Source: Octopus vulgaris
Lineage: Eukaryota
Assembly: GCA_951406725.2 (NCBI GenBank)
Contig: OX597832.1
Coordinates: 48,112,001-48,176,000 of the forward strand
DNA: 64,000 bases
Direction of reading: 5' to 3'
Made by a program: the position numbers and the translations under genes. The first letter of the stretch is position 1. Every line of letters starts with the position of its first letter. Of this stretch, positions 52,869 to 64,000 are shown one piece after another. Under the pieces are notes generated by a model, which did not search any database, was not told the origin of the DNA, and worked only from the letters and a program-made list of their open reading frames with translations.

Positions 52869-54117
52869 CCGGTTACTCCGAGATTTCTTTTAAGAAGTAT
52901 ATTTCTTGGAAGCACTAAAATAAAAATGAAAACACTCCATATTTCAAATAACTGCGCCCGCTGGGAGTCGAACCCGGGTCGACTGCATAGAAGACAACCA
53001 TACTGACCCTTACATAATTCACACCTGGCTATTTCAACTTTTGCTTTCAGAAGTATTTTGCTGGAAAACCATGGAGATGAAAAAAATCTAAATGCTACCC
53101 TTCACCCCCAACAGTGTCGGACGTAGGTCGAATCTCGATGGGCAGTTTGGAAGGCCATCATGCTGACCGTTACATGACCGGCGCTGTACAATTCTCACAT
53201 TTGCGTTCAGAAGTATATTCCGGGAAAACACTGAGATAAAAATAAAAACTCCACGTCCGCTGCAACTACTTTGGCCGGGAGTCGAGCCTAAGTGGGATGC
53301 ATGGAAAGCAACCATGCTGACCGTTACAACACAAACGCCTAGCTGTGCCCAGCCTTATATTGAGAAGTATATTTCTTGAAAGTACTGAATTAAAACTAAA
53401 TCAAATCTCTCTATTTGAATAGTATGTTGCATCAGTCTCTGTTGTCTTATAATATACTCCTTCTCGGTAACCTCGTAAAGCCAGAATATGTTAAGCTAAA
53501 AAGCACTGAAATAAAAATATTCCTTTTTCAAGTGACTGCATCAGCTGAAAATCGAACCAGGATCGACTGCTTAGAAGGCGACCTCGCTGGCCGTTATACC
53601 ACCGATGCTTGTCTGTGGGCAACTTTATGCTGAGAAGTAGAGTTCTTGAAAACACGTAAATAAAAAAAATATTTCTTTTCCAAGTAACTGTGTCGACCGG
53701 GATTCGAATCTGGATCGACTGCTTGGAAGGTAGCCATGCTGACCGTTACAATACCGGACACCTGTTTGTGCCCAGCCTTGTATTGAGAAGTTTATTTCTT
53801 GAAAGTACTGAATTAAAACTAAAATTATTCAATTTTCATGTGATTGCGTCGGCCAGTAGCCGACCGGATCGACTGCTTCGAAGGTAGCCATACTGACAGT
53901 TACACCACCGACGCCTGACCTTTTCCAAGTTTGTGTTGAAAGCTGCCATCATAAATATTTTGGGAGAGGAATGATTCTTTCTATCTTAGCAATACATTGC
54001 TCCAATTTCAACATTAGTCTCAATTGTCTAATTGTTTTCTCCATCTAGGAGGAAACCAAATCTGATAAGCTAGAAAGCGCTGAAATAAAAATAAAAAGTA
54101 ATACCCCTATAACGGAT

Positions 54118-54189
54118 TGCGTCAGCCGGGAGTCGAACCCGGATCGACTGCTTGGAAGGCAACCATGCTAACCGTTACACCACCGACGC
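54118..54189 (-). tRNA. tRNA-Gly (anticodon TCC), intact
   Basis: Differs from 51489-51560 by one D-loop change and one G-U pair in the acceptor stem. Confidence 0.88.
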
Positions 54190-55909
54190 CTGCTTGCTCG
54201 TGTCTGTCTCTTGTGAAGTATTTATAACGATGCCAACCGTTACATCACTAATGTTTGACAGTTTTCCCCCTTTGTATTCAGTTGTATAATTATTGAAAAC
54301 GCTGAGACAAAAACAATAACACCATTTTTTGAACGACTGCGTCGGATGTGAGTTGAACCCGAATCGACTCTTTGGAATGTAACCATGCTGACTGTTACAC
54401 CACCGACGCCTGGATGTGCTTCGTCCACAGTTCAGAAGTATATTCGAGGAAAATACTGACTTGAAAAACAAAAAAAAATTCCACTCTAGGAAAGCAACGA
54501 TAGATTGGAACTTTGGACCGAGAAGCATATTTTTGAAAAATACTGACATTCAAGAAAAGTGAAAGTTTCACTCTTTCGAAAATCTTGCTGGGGGCCGGGA
54601 GTTGAACCCGGACCAACTGCTTAGAAGGTACTCATGTTGAACGTTACACCATCGACGACTGTCTAGATCTCACTTTGTGTTTAGAGGTATATTCCTGGAA
54701 AACACTGAATGAAAAATAAAAATTCTCTACTTTCCAGGTGTTTGCTTCGACCGAGATTCGAACCTGGATCGACCGTTACACCACCGACGCATGGTTTTTT
54801 TCCCCCTCAGTTTGTAAGTCTAGTACATTTCTGAAAATACAGATAAAAATAAATGTTCTATTCTTACAAAGCAACTACGTCAGTCGGTGGTCGAACGCGT
54901 ATCGTCTGCTTTGAAGGCAATTTTGCTGACCGTTGACACCTCGGACTGTCTAGTCCCTCACTCTTCTGTTTCAGAGGTATATTTCTGGAAACCACTGAAT
55001 GAAAAATAAAAATTCTCTACTTTCCAGGTGTTTGCTTCGACCGAGATTCGAACCTGGATCGACCGTTACACCACCGACGCATGGTTTTTTTCTCGCATTT
55101 GTGTTCAGAAGTATATTTCCGGAAAACACTGAGATAAAAATAAAAATGTTCTATTTTGAAGCGACTACGACGGTCAGCCGGGAATCGAATCCGGATTGAC
55201 TGCTTTGAAGGCAATTTTGCTGACCGTGAAACCGGTACTGTAGCCGTTTTCTCTTCTGAAAGAAAGTATATTTCTGGAAACTACTGAAATAAAAAACAAA
55301 AACAACAACAACAATATATTAGCTCTTTATAATTCGATTGCGTAGGTCGGCAGTCGAAGATGGATCGATTGTACGGAAGGCAACTACAATATTTCACAGT
55401 TACAACGCCGACGCCTGTTCCTTTTTGTTCAGAAAAAAAAAAAAAATTTGGAAAATCTGATGAATATGGATTACGTCCATAGGAAATATGACGGTCAGCC
55501 GGGAATCGAATCCGGATTGACTGCTTAGAAGATGACTCTACTAAACGGCTAAAATACCGAAACCGGTATTGTGAGGTTTTCTCTTTTGAAAGAAAATAAA
55601 AATTGTTGGAAACTACATAATGGTAATAAATTTAACACCAATTCTAAAAATAAGACTAGCTCTTTATAATTCGATTGCGTAGGTCGGCAGTCGAAGCTGG
55701 ATCGATTGTGCGGAAGGCAACTACAATATTTCACAGTTGCAACGCCGACACCTGTTCTTTTCTGTTCAGATAAAAAAAAACCCCTGGAAAATCTGATGAA
55801 TATGGATTACGTCCATTAGAAAATATAAATAGTTGCTTCTTATTAAAGCACAAGACCAGCAATATTTTGGAGGAGTTAAGGTTAACCAATCGCATTGATT
55901 CCAGTAAGG

Positions 55910-56342
55910 GGATCTTTTCGGTTTGAACGGCAGTTTTTCTAGCGGTGTCATATGAAATTGTCACCCATAATTATGACCCTAGTGTCGATCTATTGCATTT
56001 CAATCTGTTTTAGGGTTATGGTTAGTTAGGGTTAGAGTTAGGGTTAGGGTATCTTTTTTTCTTCACAAATGTAAATAAACCCAATCTGTTTCTTAAACGA
56101 GGAACATATTCCTACGGCACAGGATGTTGTTTTTTTTTTTTTTTTTACCTCAATAGACATCATTGATTGGTTGAAATTGCAGAAAAAAACCCAACAAATA
56201 TCTTACAAACTATAGAATTTTTCTCAATAAAGCTAAGAGAAAAAGATGTTTTATAAACACATTCTACCAGTATGCGAAGTTTAAAAGTGTTTAGTTACGC
56301 GGGAATTATTTTAAAAAACTGCCGTTCAAACCGAAAAGATCC
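55910..56342. mobile_element. MITE (Merlin-like)
   Basis: Same TIRs; TSD cagtaagg; internal TTAGGG-like run. Confidence 0.95.
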
Positions 56343-56767
56343 CAGTAAGGTGCCAAGCTGATAGAATCGTCAGGATGTCGGGCAAAATACTTAGCAGCAT
56401 TTCGTCCATCTTTGCGTTCTAAATTCAAATAAGTACCAGTTGAGTACTGAGTTCGATGTAATCGACTTAATCTCACCCCAGAACTTGCTGTCCTTGTGCC
56501 AAAATCAATATCATTGGTTCTGTGGAGGCGCAATGGCCCAGTGGTTAGGGCAGCGGACTCGCGGTCGGAGGATCGGGTCATGGGGAAATGTTACCTTGCT
56601 TGGAAACAAGTGAGGGTTGGTGACAGGAAGGGCATCCAGCTGTAAAAACATCTACCGCAATAAATTCCATCTGACCCATGCGCAGATGGACAAGTGGACA
56701 TTAACCCTTTTGTTACCATATTTCTTTTGAGGTGCTCTGTGTTTCTTTCCAATTAATTTTAATTATA

Positions 56768-56985
56768 GTGGAGGTGCAATGGCCCAGTGGTTTGGGCAGC
56801 GGACTCGCGGTCGGAGGATCACAGTTTCGATTCCCAGACCGGACGTTGTGTGTGTTTATTGAGCGAAAACACCTAAAAGCTCCACGAGGCTCCGGCAGGG
56901 GTAGTGGCTACCCCTGTTGTACTCTTTCGCCATAACTTTCTCTCACTCTCTCTTCCTGTTTCTTGAATAACGCTGCGATGGACGC
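56768..56985 (+). mobile_element. SINE family E, 5' part
   Basis: Matches the reverse complement of 59560-59757. Other fragments at about 44640-44785 and 56522-56575. Confidence 0.8.
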
Positions 56986-57279
56986 CCACCCACATACACA
57001 TATATATACGTACGTACGTATACATACTTACATCTATAGGCATATTTATATGCACATGTGGGCACAAGACGTCACGAAACGTGTACAACAAAAAACAAAG
57101 AATACGAAACACGAGGACATGGAACATGAACTATTCTTTCGAACAACGAAAGACACAAATGGAGAACAAAACGAACAACATAAAGAACGACCCTTATCAG
57201 TTGTTGACTGTTTTCTAGTCTCGTATTTCGAGCATTTAACAACATATATATATATATATATATACTTAATATGTATACA

Positions 57280-57655
57280 TGTGGCTGTGTGGTAAGAAGC
57301 TTGCTTCCCGACCACATGGTTCCGGGTTCAGTCCCACTGCGTGGCACCTTGGGCAAGTGTCTTCTACTGTAGCCTCGGGTCAACCAAAGCCTTGTGAGTG
57401 GATTTAGTAGACGGAAACTGAACGGAGTTTGTTGTGTATGTGTGTCAGTGTTTGTTCCCCCACCCACCACACGCACACACCATCGCTTGACAACCAATGT
57501 TAGTGTATTTACGTCCCCGTAACTTATCATTTCGGCATAACAGACCCGATAAAGTCGGTACTAGGTTTACAAAGAATAACTCCTGGGTTCGATTTGTTCG
57601 ACTAAAGGTGGTGCTCCAGCATGGCCGCAGTCAAATGACTGAAACAAATAAAATT
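57280..57655 (+). mobile_element. SINE family A
   Basis: Head, core and tail recognisable. Confidence 0.85.
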
Positions 57656-57826
57656 ATTTTTTAAAAAAATACCTTCTATGGACTGCTCGAAGCTTACTAA
57701 CTTTCTACACTTTGATCCGTACATCGTATCTTTATACACACACACGTTTGTGTATGTGTATTCTTTTATTTGTTTCAACCATGCGACTGCGGTAATACTG
57801 GAGCACGACCGTCATGTATGCATAAT

Positions 57827-57892
<66 letters not shown>

Positions 57893-58037
57893 TTACGCAC
57901 CTTTGTGTTGGGGGTCATCTTTACCTTGTTATCTTCCCTACTTTCCTCCTCGTGTTTGACCCTTCTGTCCGGCACTAGTCGCCATGATAGATCGTTAGCC
58001 ACTACACACATTTTTTCTCTCCTTGTTTTTTCTGTGT

Positions 58038-58076
58038 CCCTTTCTGTAGAAGAGCGTAGGCTCGAAACGTAAAGGA
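58038..58076 (+). ncRNA. Minimal hammerhead-like motif, core variant (same family as 34043-34080)
   Basis: CCCUUU-CUGUAGAA-GAGC-GUAG-GCUC-GAAA-CG-U-A^AAGG; palindromic stem III ACGU. Confidence 0.5.
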
Positions 58077-58200
58077 CTTTTCTATTCTTGACCGTTATAC
58101 TAATACATCTGTTTGTTTTGTACACCACCTGTCTTCGTCTTTCGTTTTTTTTTTTCGTAAACTCTCCCTATATATATACATACATACTTACGTACATGCT

Positions 58201-58284
<84 letters not shown>

Positions 58285-58630
58285 GATGTGTAGATATTTA
58301 CATATGTATATGTGATGCGAGTGAGTATGTGTATGTTTGTGTACGTTTATTTCTACGTTTCTTTAGAAAAGCAAAAACAAGCTTTCACAAACTGAAAGTA
58401 TTTATATTTCAAAAATTTGGCAGAGAGCCATAAAGCTCCCACTACTTGAAATTCTATTCGCATTTGGCCTTTAGTTTAGCCTGAAGTAAAGTGTAACAAA
58501 GTGAGTTGTGTTGGTGATCGATTCAAAGAATCGGCAGACTGCAGGACGAACGTGCTGCAGTGTTTGTTCTCTCTCTGCGTTCTGGGTTCAAATTCTGCTT
58601 TGATCAACTTTTCTGTTTACGACACCATGT

Positions 58631-58854
58631 TTACTCTTTTACTAGTTTCAGTCATTTGACTGCGGCCATGCTGGAGCACCGCCTTTAGTCGAGCAAATCG
58701 CCCCCCCACCCAGGACTTATTCTTTGTAAGCTTAGTACTTATTCTATCGGTTTCTCTTTTGCCGAACCGCTAAGTTACGGGGACGTAAACACACCAGCAT
58801 CGGTTGTCAAGTGATGCTGGGGGGACAAACACAGACACACAAACATATACACAC

Positions 58855-58931
<77 letters not shown>

Positions 58932-59101
58932 CATATATATGACGGGCTTCTTTCAGTTTCCGTCTACCAAATCTACTCACAAGGCTTTGGTCGGCTCGAG
59001 GCTATAGTAGAAGACACTTGCCCAGGGTGCCACGCAGTGGGACTGAACCCAGAACCTTGTGGTTTGTAAGCAAGCTACTTACCACACAGCCACTCCTGCA
59101 C
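58631..59101 (-). mobile_element. SINE family A, full length
   Basis: Complete match to the family. Confidence 0.9.
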
Positions 59102-59366
59102 CTATTTATTAACTATTTTTGCCTATGGATCCCTAAGATACCCATTTTGTTCTATTGGACCGTCATACCATTCAATATTTTCAAATTCCTATTATATTTT
59201 TATAATTAAATATTATTAGGAACTGTATTAAAAATGTAGTTTTAAAATAATTTGTTTATTGTGGAAGTATAACCAAATTATTACGCGTAAATGTTAACAG
59301 CAACATCTTAAATGGATTCTCAAGGGTGATATGGCTCCAGGTTGAGAACCACTAATATCAAATTAT

Positions 59367-59757
59367 ATAGTATAGGAGCACTCCGTCGGTTGCGACGATG
59401 AGGGTCCCAGCTGATACGATCAACGGAACAGCTTGCTCGTGATATTAACGTGCAAGTGGCTGAGCACTCCTCAGACACGTGTACCCTTAACGTAGTTCTC
59501 GAGGAGATTCAGCGTGACACAGAGTGTGACAAGGCAGGCCCTTTGAAATACAGGTACAAGAGAAACAGGAAGAAAGAGCGAGAGAAAGTTGTGGTGAAAG
59601 AGTACAGCAGGGATCACCACCATCCCCTGCCGGAGCCTCGTGGAGCTTTTAGGTGTTTTCGCTCAATAAACACTCACAACGCCCGGTCTGGGTATCGAAA
59701 CCGCGATCCTCCGACCGCGAGTCCGCTGCCCTAACCACTGGGCCATTGCGCCTCCAC
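59367..59757 (-). mobile_element. tRNA-derived SINE family E, full length
   Basis: tRNA-like head with A and B boxes; 13-bp TSD aatatcaaattat at 59354-59366 and 59758-59770. Confidence 0.92.
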
Positions 59758-59925
59758 AATATCAAATTATCAGCTAAGCACATGGGTCAATCCTAACCAC
59801 CCCACTCAGAAATGGATTAACCTTATCTGATTAATATAATTCAAATGAAACTAATGAGTATGCGCCCAAACGGCCAAATTCTTCTCGGATAAATTTCGTG
59901 GCGTTTTAATTTTATGAGTAATTTT

Positions 59926-60343
59926 GGATCTTTTCGGTTTGAACGGCAGTTTTTAACATAATTTCTAGGTAACTAAAAAATTTTAAACTTCGTATACTGG
60001 TAGAATGTGTTTATAAAACATCTTTTTCTCTTGGCTTTATTGAGAAAATTCTATAGTTTGTAAGATATTTGGTCTTTAATTTCTTGCATTTCGGCAATTT
60101 CAACCAATCAATGACCGTCCATTGAGGTAAACAACATTCTGTGCCGTATGAATATGTCCTTCGTTTAAGAAACAGACTGGGTTTATTTACATTTCTGAAG
60201 AAAAAAAGATAACCTTCCCCCCACCTCTAACCCTAACTCTAAAATAGATTGAAATGCAATAGATCGATGCTAGGGTCATAATTATGGGTGACAATTTCAT
60301 ATGACACTGCTAGAAAAAAGTGCCGTTCAAACCGAAAAAATCC
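59926..60343. mobile_element. MITE (Merlin-like)
   Basis: TIRs; TSD gtaatttt on both sides. Confidence 0.95.
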
Positions 60344-60759
60344 GTAATTTTCAATAATTTCAGATGGAACGCATCTGTTATCAACGAAGTCGTTACGGTG
60401 ACTCAGAACTACTTTTCCGGTCCAGTGGATGTGATGTCATTATTCTTTTATTTCTATGCATGATCTCACCTAGAGCATTGTTGCCTCCTGCAGTCTCCCT
60501 GTACCAAACAAAATATCACGAGTAACAAGGTATCTCACATGACAATTTACATGATGACGAATTGGCAGAGCGCCGCTTAGAATGTTCTGTGGCATTTGTT
60601 CGACTCCTTGCGAAAGAGAGAGGATTCGATTCTAGTACATTACTGTTACCTTAAGGAGAAACCTGACCTCGGCGAAATTTGAACTTAGAGTAGTGATGGA
60701 AGCCAAAACAAATATCGAAGCTCTAGCGACGCCACCAATTTGCCGCCATGACTTAACTA

Positions 60760-61198
60760 GGATCTTTTCGGTTTGACCGGCAGTTTTTTAAAATAATTTC
60801 CACGTAACCAAACACTTTTAAACTTCGTATACTGGTAGAATGTGTTTATAAAACATCTTTTTCTCTTGGCTTTATTGAGAAAATTCTATAGTTTGTAAGA
60901 TATTTGTTGTTTTTTCTTCTTCAATTTCTGCAATTTCAACCAATCAATGACGTCTATTGAGGTAAAAACATTCTGTGCCGTATGAATTTGTCCATCGTTT
61001 AAGAAACAGATTGGGTTTATTAACATTTGTGAAGAAAAAAAGATACCCTTCCCCCACCCCTAACCCTGACCCTAACCCTAACTAACCCTAACCCTAAAAC
61101 AGATTGAAATGCAATAGATCGATACTAGGGTCATAATTATGGGTGACAATTTCATATGACACCGCTAGAAAAAACTGCCGTTCAAACCGAATAGATCC
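60760..61198. mobile_element. MITE (Merlin-like)
   Basis: TIRs; TSD cttaacta; internal CCCTAA-like run at about 61057-61097. Confidence 0.95.
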
Positions 61199-61647
61199 CT
61201 TAACTATACAAATAATTTAATTAATTAATTAATTAATGACCTGCAACCTTAGCGTATTATTACTATTTATTTAATGATCTCCAAAGGGACTAAAAGTCGA
61301 AGTTGATTCCCGTGAGATTTGAACGCTCCAACGTAGAGAAATGGAACTAAATCCCGACAATGCAAGCACACAGCGACCCACACTACCTTAATGAAAAAAC
61401 CTCTATGTTTTTAAAGACAGGGGTAGCCGAAAATTTCCAATATTCATGTTTTATTTATTTATTTATTTTATTTATTTATCCATCCGTTTATTTATGTTTT
61501 CCACGAATGAATGAACGTTAGCTAACCAAAGGAAACTGAGGTTAAAACGACTTGACTTCTTCGACCGAGATTCGAAACCGAGTCGCATAATTTGACTCTC
61601 AATTGCACGACTATCAGTAAACAAACAAGCAAGCAAATAAGCATATT

Positions 61648-62806
61648 TATTTCTTTACTACCCACAAGGGGCTAAACATAGAGGGGACAAACAAGGACAG
61701 ACAAAGAGAATAAGTCGATTATATCGACCCCAGTGCGAAACTGGTACTTTATTTAATCGACCCCGAAAGAATGAAAGGCAAAGTCGACCTCGGCGGAATT
61801 TGAACTCAGAACTTAATGGTAGACGAAATACCTATTTCTTTACTACCCACAAGGGGCTAAACATAGAGGGGACAAACAAGGACAGACATAGTTATTAAGT
61901 CGATTACATCGACCCCAGTGCGTAACTGGTACTTAATTTATCGACCCCCGAAAGGATGAAAGGCAAAGTCGACCTCGGCGGAATTTGAACTCAGAACGTA
62001 ACGGCAGATGAAATACCTATTTCTTTACAACCCACAAGGGGCTAAACACAGAAGGGACAAACAAGGACAGAGAAAGGGATTAAGTCGATTACATCGTCCC
62101 CAGTGCGAAACTGGTACTTTATTTAATCGACCCCGAAAGAATGAAAGGCAAAGTCGACCTCGGCGGAATTTGAACTCAGAACTTAATGGTAGACGAAATA
62201 CCTATTTCTTTACTACCCACAAGGGGCTAAACATAGAGGGGACAAACAAGGACAGACATAGGTATTAAGTCGATTACATCGACCCCAGTGCGTAACTGGT
62301 ACTTAATTTATCGACCCCCGAAAGGATGAAAGGCAAAGTCGACCTCGGCGGAATTTGAACTCAGAACGTAACGGCAGACGAAATACCTATTTCTTTACTA
62401 CCCACAAGGGGCTAAACACAGAGGGGACAAACAAGGACAGTCACACGGATTAAGTCAATTACATCGACCTCCAGTGCGTAACTGGTACTTTATTTATCGA
62501 CCCCGAAAGGATGAAAGGCAAAGTCGACCTCGACGGAATTTGAACTCAGAACGTAACGGCAGACGAAATACCTATTTCTTTACTACGCACAAGGGGCTAA
62601 ACACAGAAGGGACAAACAAGGACATACACACGGATTAAGTCGATTATATCGACCCCAGTGCGTAACTGGTACTTAATTTATCGACCCCGAAAGGATGAAA
62701 GGCAAAGTCGACCTCGGCGGAATTTGAACTCAGAACGTAAACGGCAGACCAAAATACGGCTGCGCATTTCGCCCGGCGTGCTAACGTTTCTGCCAGCTCG
62801 CCGCCT
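61648..62806 (-). mobile_element. SINE family B hexamer (one head plus six 185-bp units)
   Basis: Unit boundaries at 61648, 61833, 62018, 62203, 62388 and 62573; single head at about 62758-62806. Confidence 0.93.
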
Positions 62807-63245
62807 TAGCAAGCAAGCAAACGAACAGCATATTGGTGCAACTACACTCGTAGCGATGCGTGTAATATTTGGCTTGAGGGATATATGCATGGATGCATGG
62901 ATGGGAGATGGTACGGATGGTGATATTTATACAGATGGTTTCTGTTTGTTATCCCATATGCTTCTCTGTTTTACTACTTCGCCTTAATGGTTAATACATA
63001 TTAGATATAAACGCAGACACATATCATGTATATAAACTCACACAAACACACACAGAGGCACACAAATATATATATGTACATGCATTCATATGTATGTATC
63101 ATGCTTTCTTACATCTTGTGTCGGTAATAGACTTGGCGCGAGGCAAATTGACGATAAGTGTAGACAAAAGAAATATCGGAGTTAGGATGCTAAAGAAGGT
63201 CAGAGAGTTAAGAAGTGAGACAACGAAACAAATATATACATGTTC

Positions 63246-63402
63246 TACACACACGCACACACACAGACACACACACATAGACACACACACACACACACAC
63301 ACAGACACACACACACACATACACACACACATACACGCAGACATACACACACAGACACACACACAAACACACAGACACACACACAGACACCCACACACAA
63401 AC

Positions 63403-63435
<33 letters not shown>

Positions 63436-63593
63436 GACATACACACACAGACACACACACAGACACACACACAAACACAAACACACAGACACACACACAG
63501 ACACACACACAAACACAAACACACAGACACACACACACTGACATACACACACAGACACACACACACACACAGACACACATACACAAACACACA

Positions 63594-63659
<66 letters not shown>

Positions 63660-63660
63660 C
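63246..63660. repeat. (CA)n-rich microsatellite
   Basis: Directly visible. Confidence 0.97.
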
Positions 63661-64000
63661 AAATGAACACCTTCACTCATGAATGTAATATACACAAATA
63701 ATTAAATAAACACACGTACAAGCGTAGTCATACATTCATCCACTCAGTACACACACATAGAGACACACACAGAGACACACACAGACACACACACACACAC
63801 ACGGCTGATGATATGATTTATTCCCATCGCAACAAGAAACTTCGGTGGTGATATTTTATACTTTTATAACGCTCGGCCCCTTGAGTTACTCTGTTGCTTC
63901 TGCTAAATAGTAATACACATGCATACATACATGCACACATACACACACACACACACACACAAATCCCCCAAAACGGAACAAGAACGTAGCAGACGACAAT

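Larger units (their letters stand above)
50420..55752 (-). repeat. Tandem array of about 25 tRNA-Gly(TCC)-derived units (72-nt gene plus about 80-nt conserved spacer), mostly pseudogenes
   Basis: Units start (plus-strand coordinates) near 50593, 50751, 51318, 51489, 51633, 52212, 52375, 52797, 52953, 53113, 53267, 53537, 53689, 53845, 54118, 54338, 54586, 54743, 54876, 55033, 55166, 55339, 55490 and 55676, with a remnant at 50420. Spacer consensus TGTGTTCAGAAGTATATTTCTGGAAAACACTGAGATAAAAATAAAA. Confidence 0.93.

Noticed and set aside
55457-55500. CUGAUGA-stem-GAAA...GUC within the tRNA array
   Set aside because: No stem I and a weak stem III; derived from a diverged array spacer and probably coincidental.
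50420-55752. tRNA array as a CRISPR or repeat-spacer system
   Set aside because: Both the tRNA part and the spacer are homologous between units, so it is a tandem gene duplication.
59690-59757. SINE heads of families A, B and E as tRNA genes
   Set aside because: The cloverleaf is incomplete and each continues into a SINE body, several with a TSD.

Overview
AT-rich, microsatellite-dense metazoan DNA. The SINE, MITE and Helitron content points to an octopus/coleoid cephalopod genome (inference). One host protein-coding segment is recognisable: the first coding exon of a Quaking/How (STAR family) gene on the minus strand (25022-24896, QUA1 domain). I found no exon 2, so intron 1 appears to exceed 24.9 kb. 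A perfect Quaking-binding motif (UACUAAC) overlaps that exon's own 5' splice site. At about 50.4-55.8 kb lies a tandem array of about 25 tRNA-Gly(TCC) units. Two are intact and the rest are decaying, with anticodon changes concentrated at position 36. Several type I hammerhead ribozymes, canonical and core-variant, lie in short Penelope-like cassettes next to (TA)n-rich tracts. Three cluster at 48.3-49.1 kb and one is sense-oriented in the Quaking intron. Other contents: 8-bp-TSD MITEs carrying telomere-like repeats, Helitrons (one with six tandem 3' ends), 185-bp SINE concatemers, a DD37D mariner remnant and LINE fragments. Nearly all long ORFs in the supplied track are microsatellite artefacts. 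All calls were made by eye, and repeat boundaries are approximate unless a TSD is quoted.
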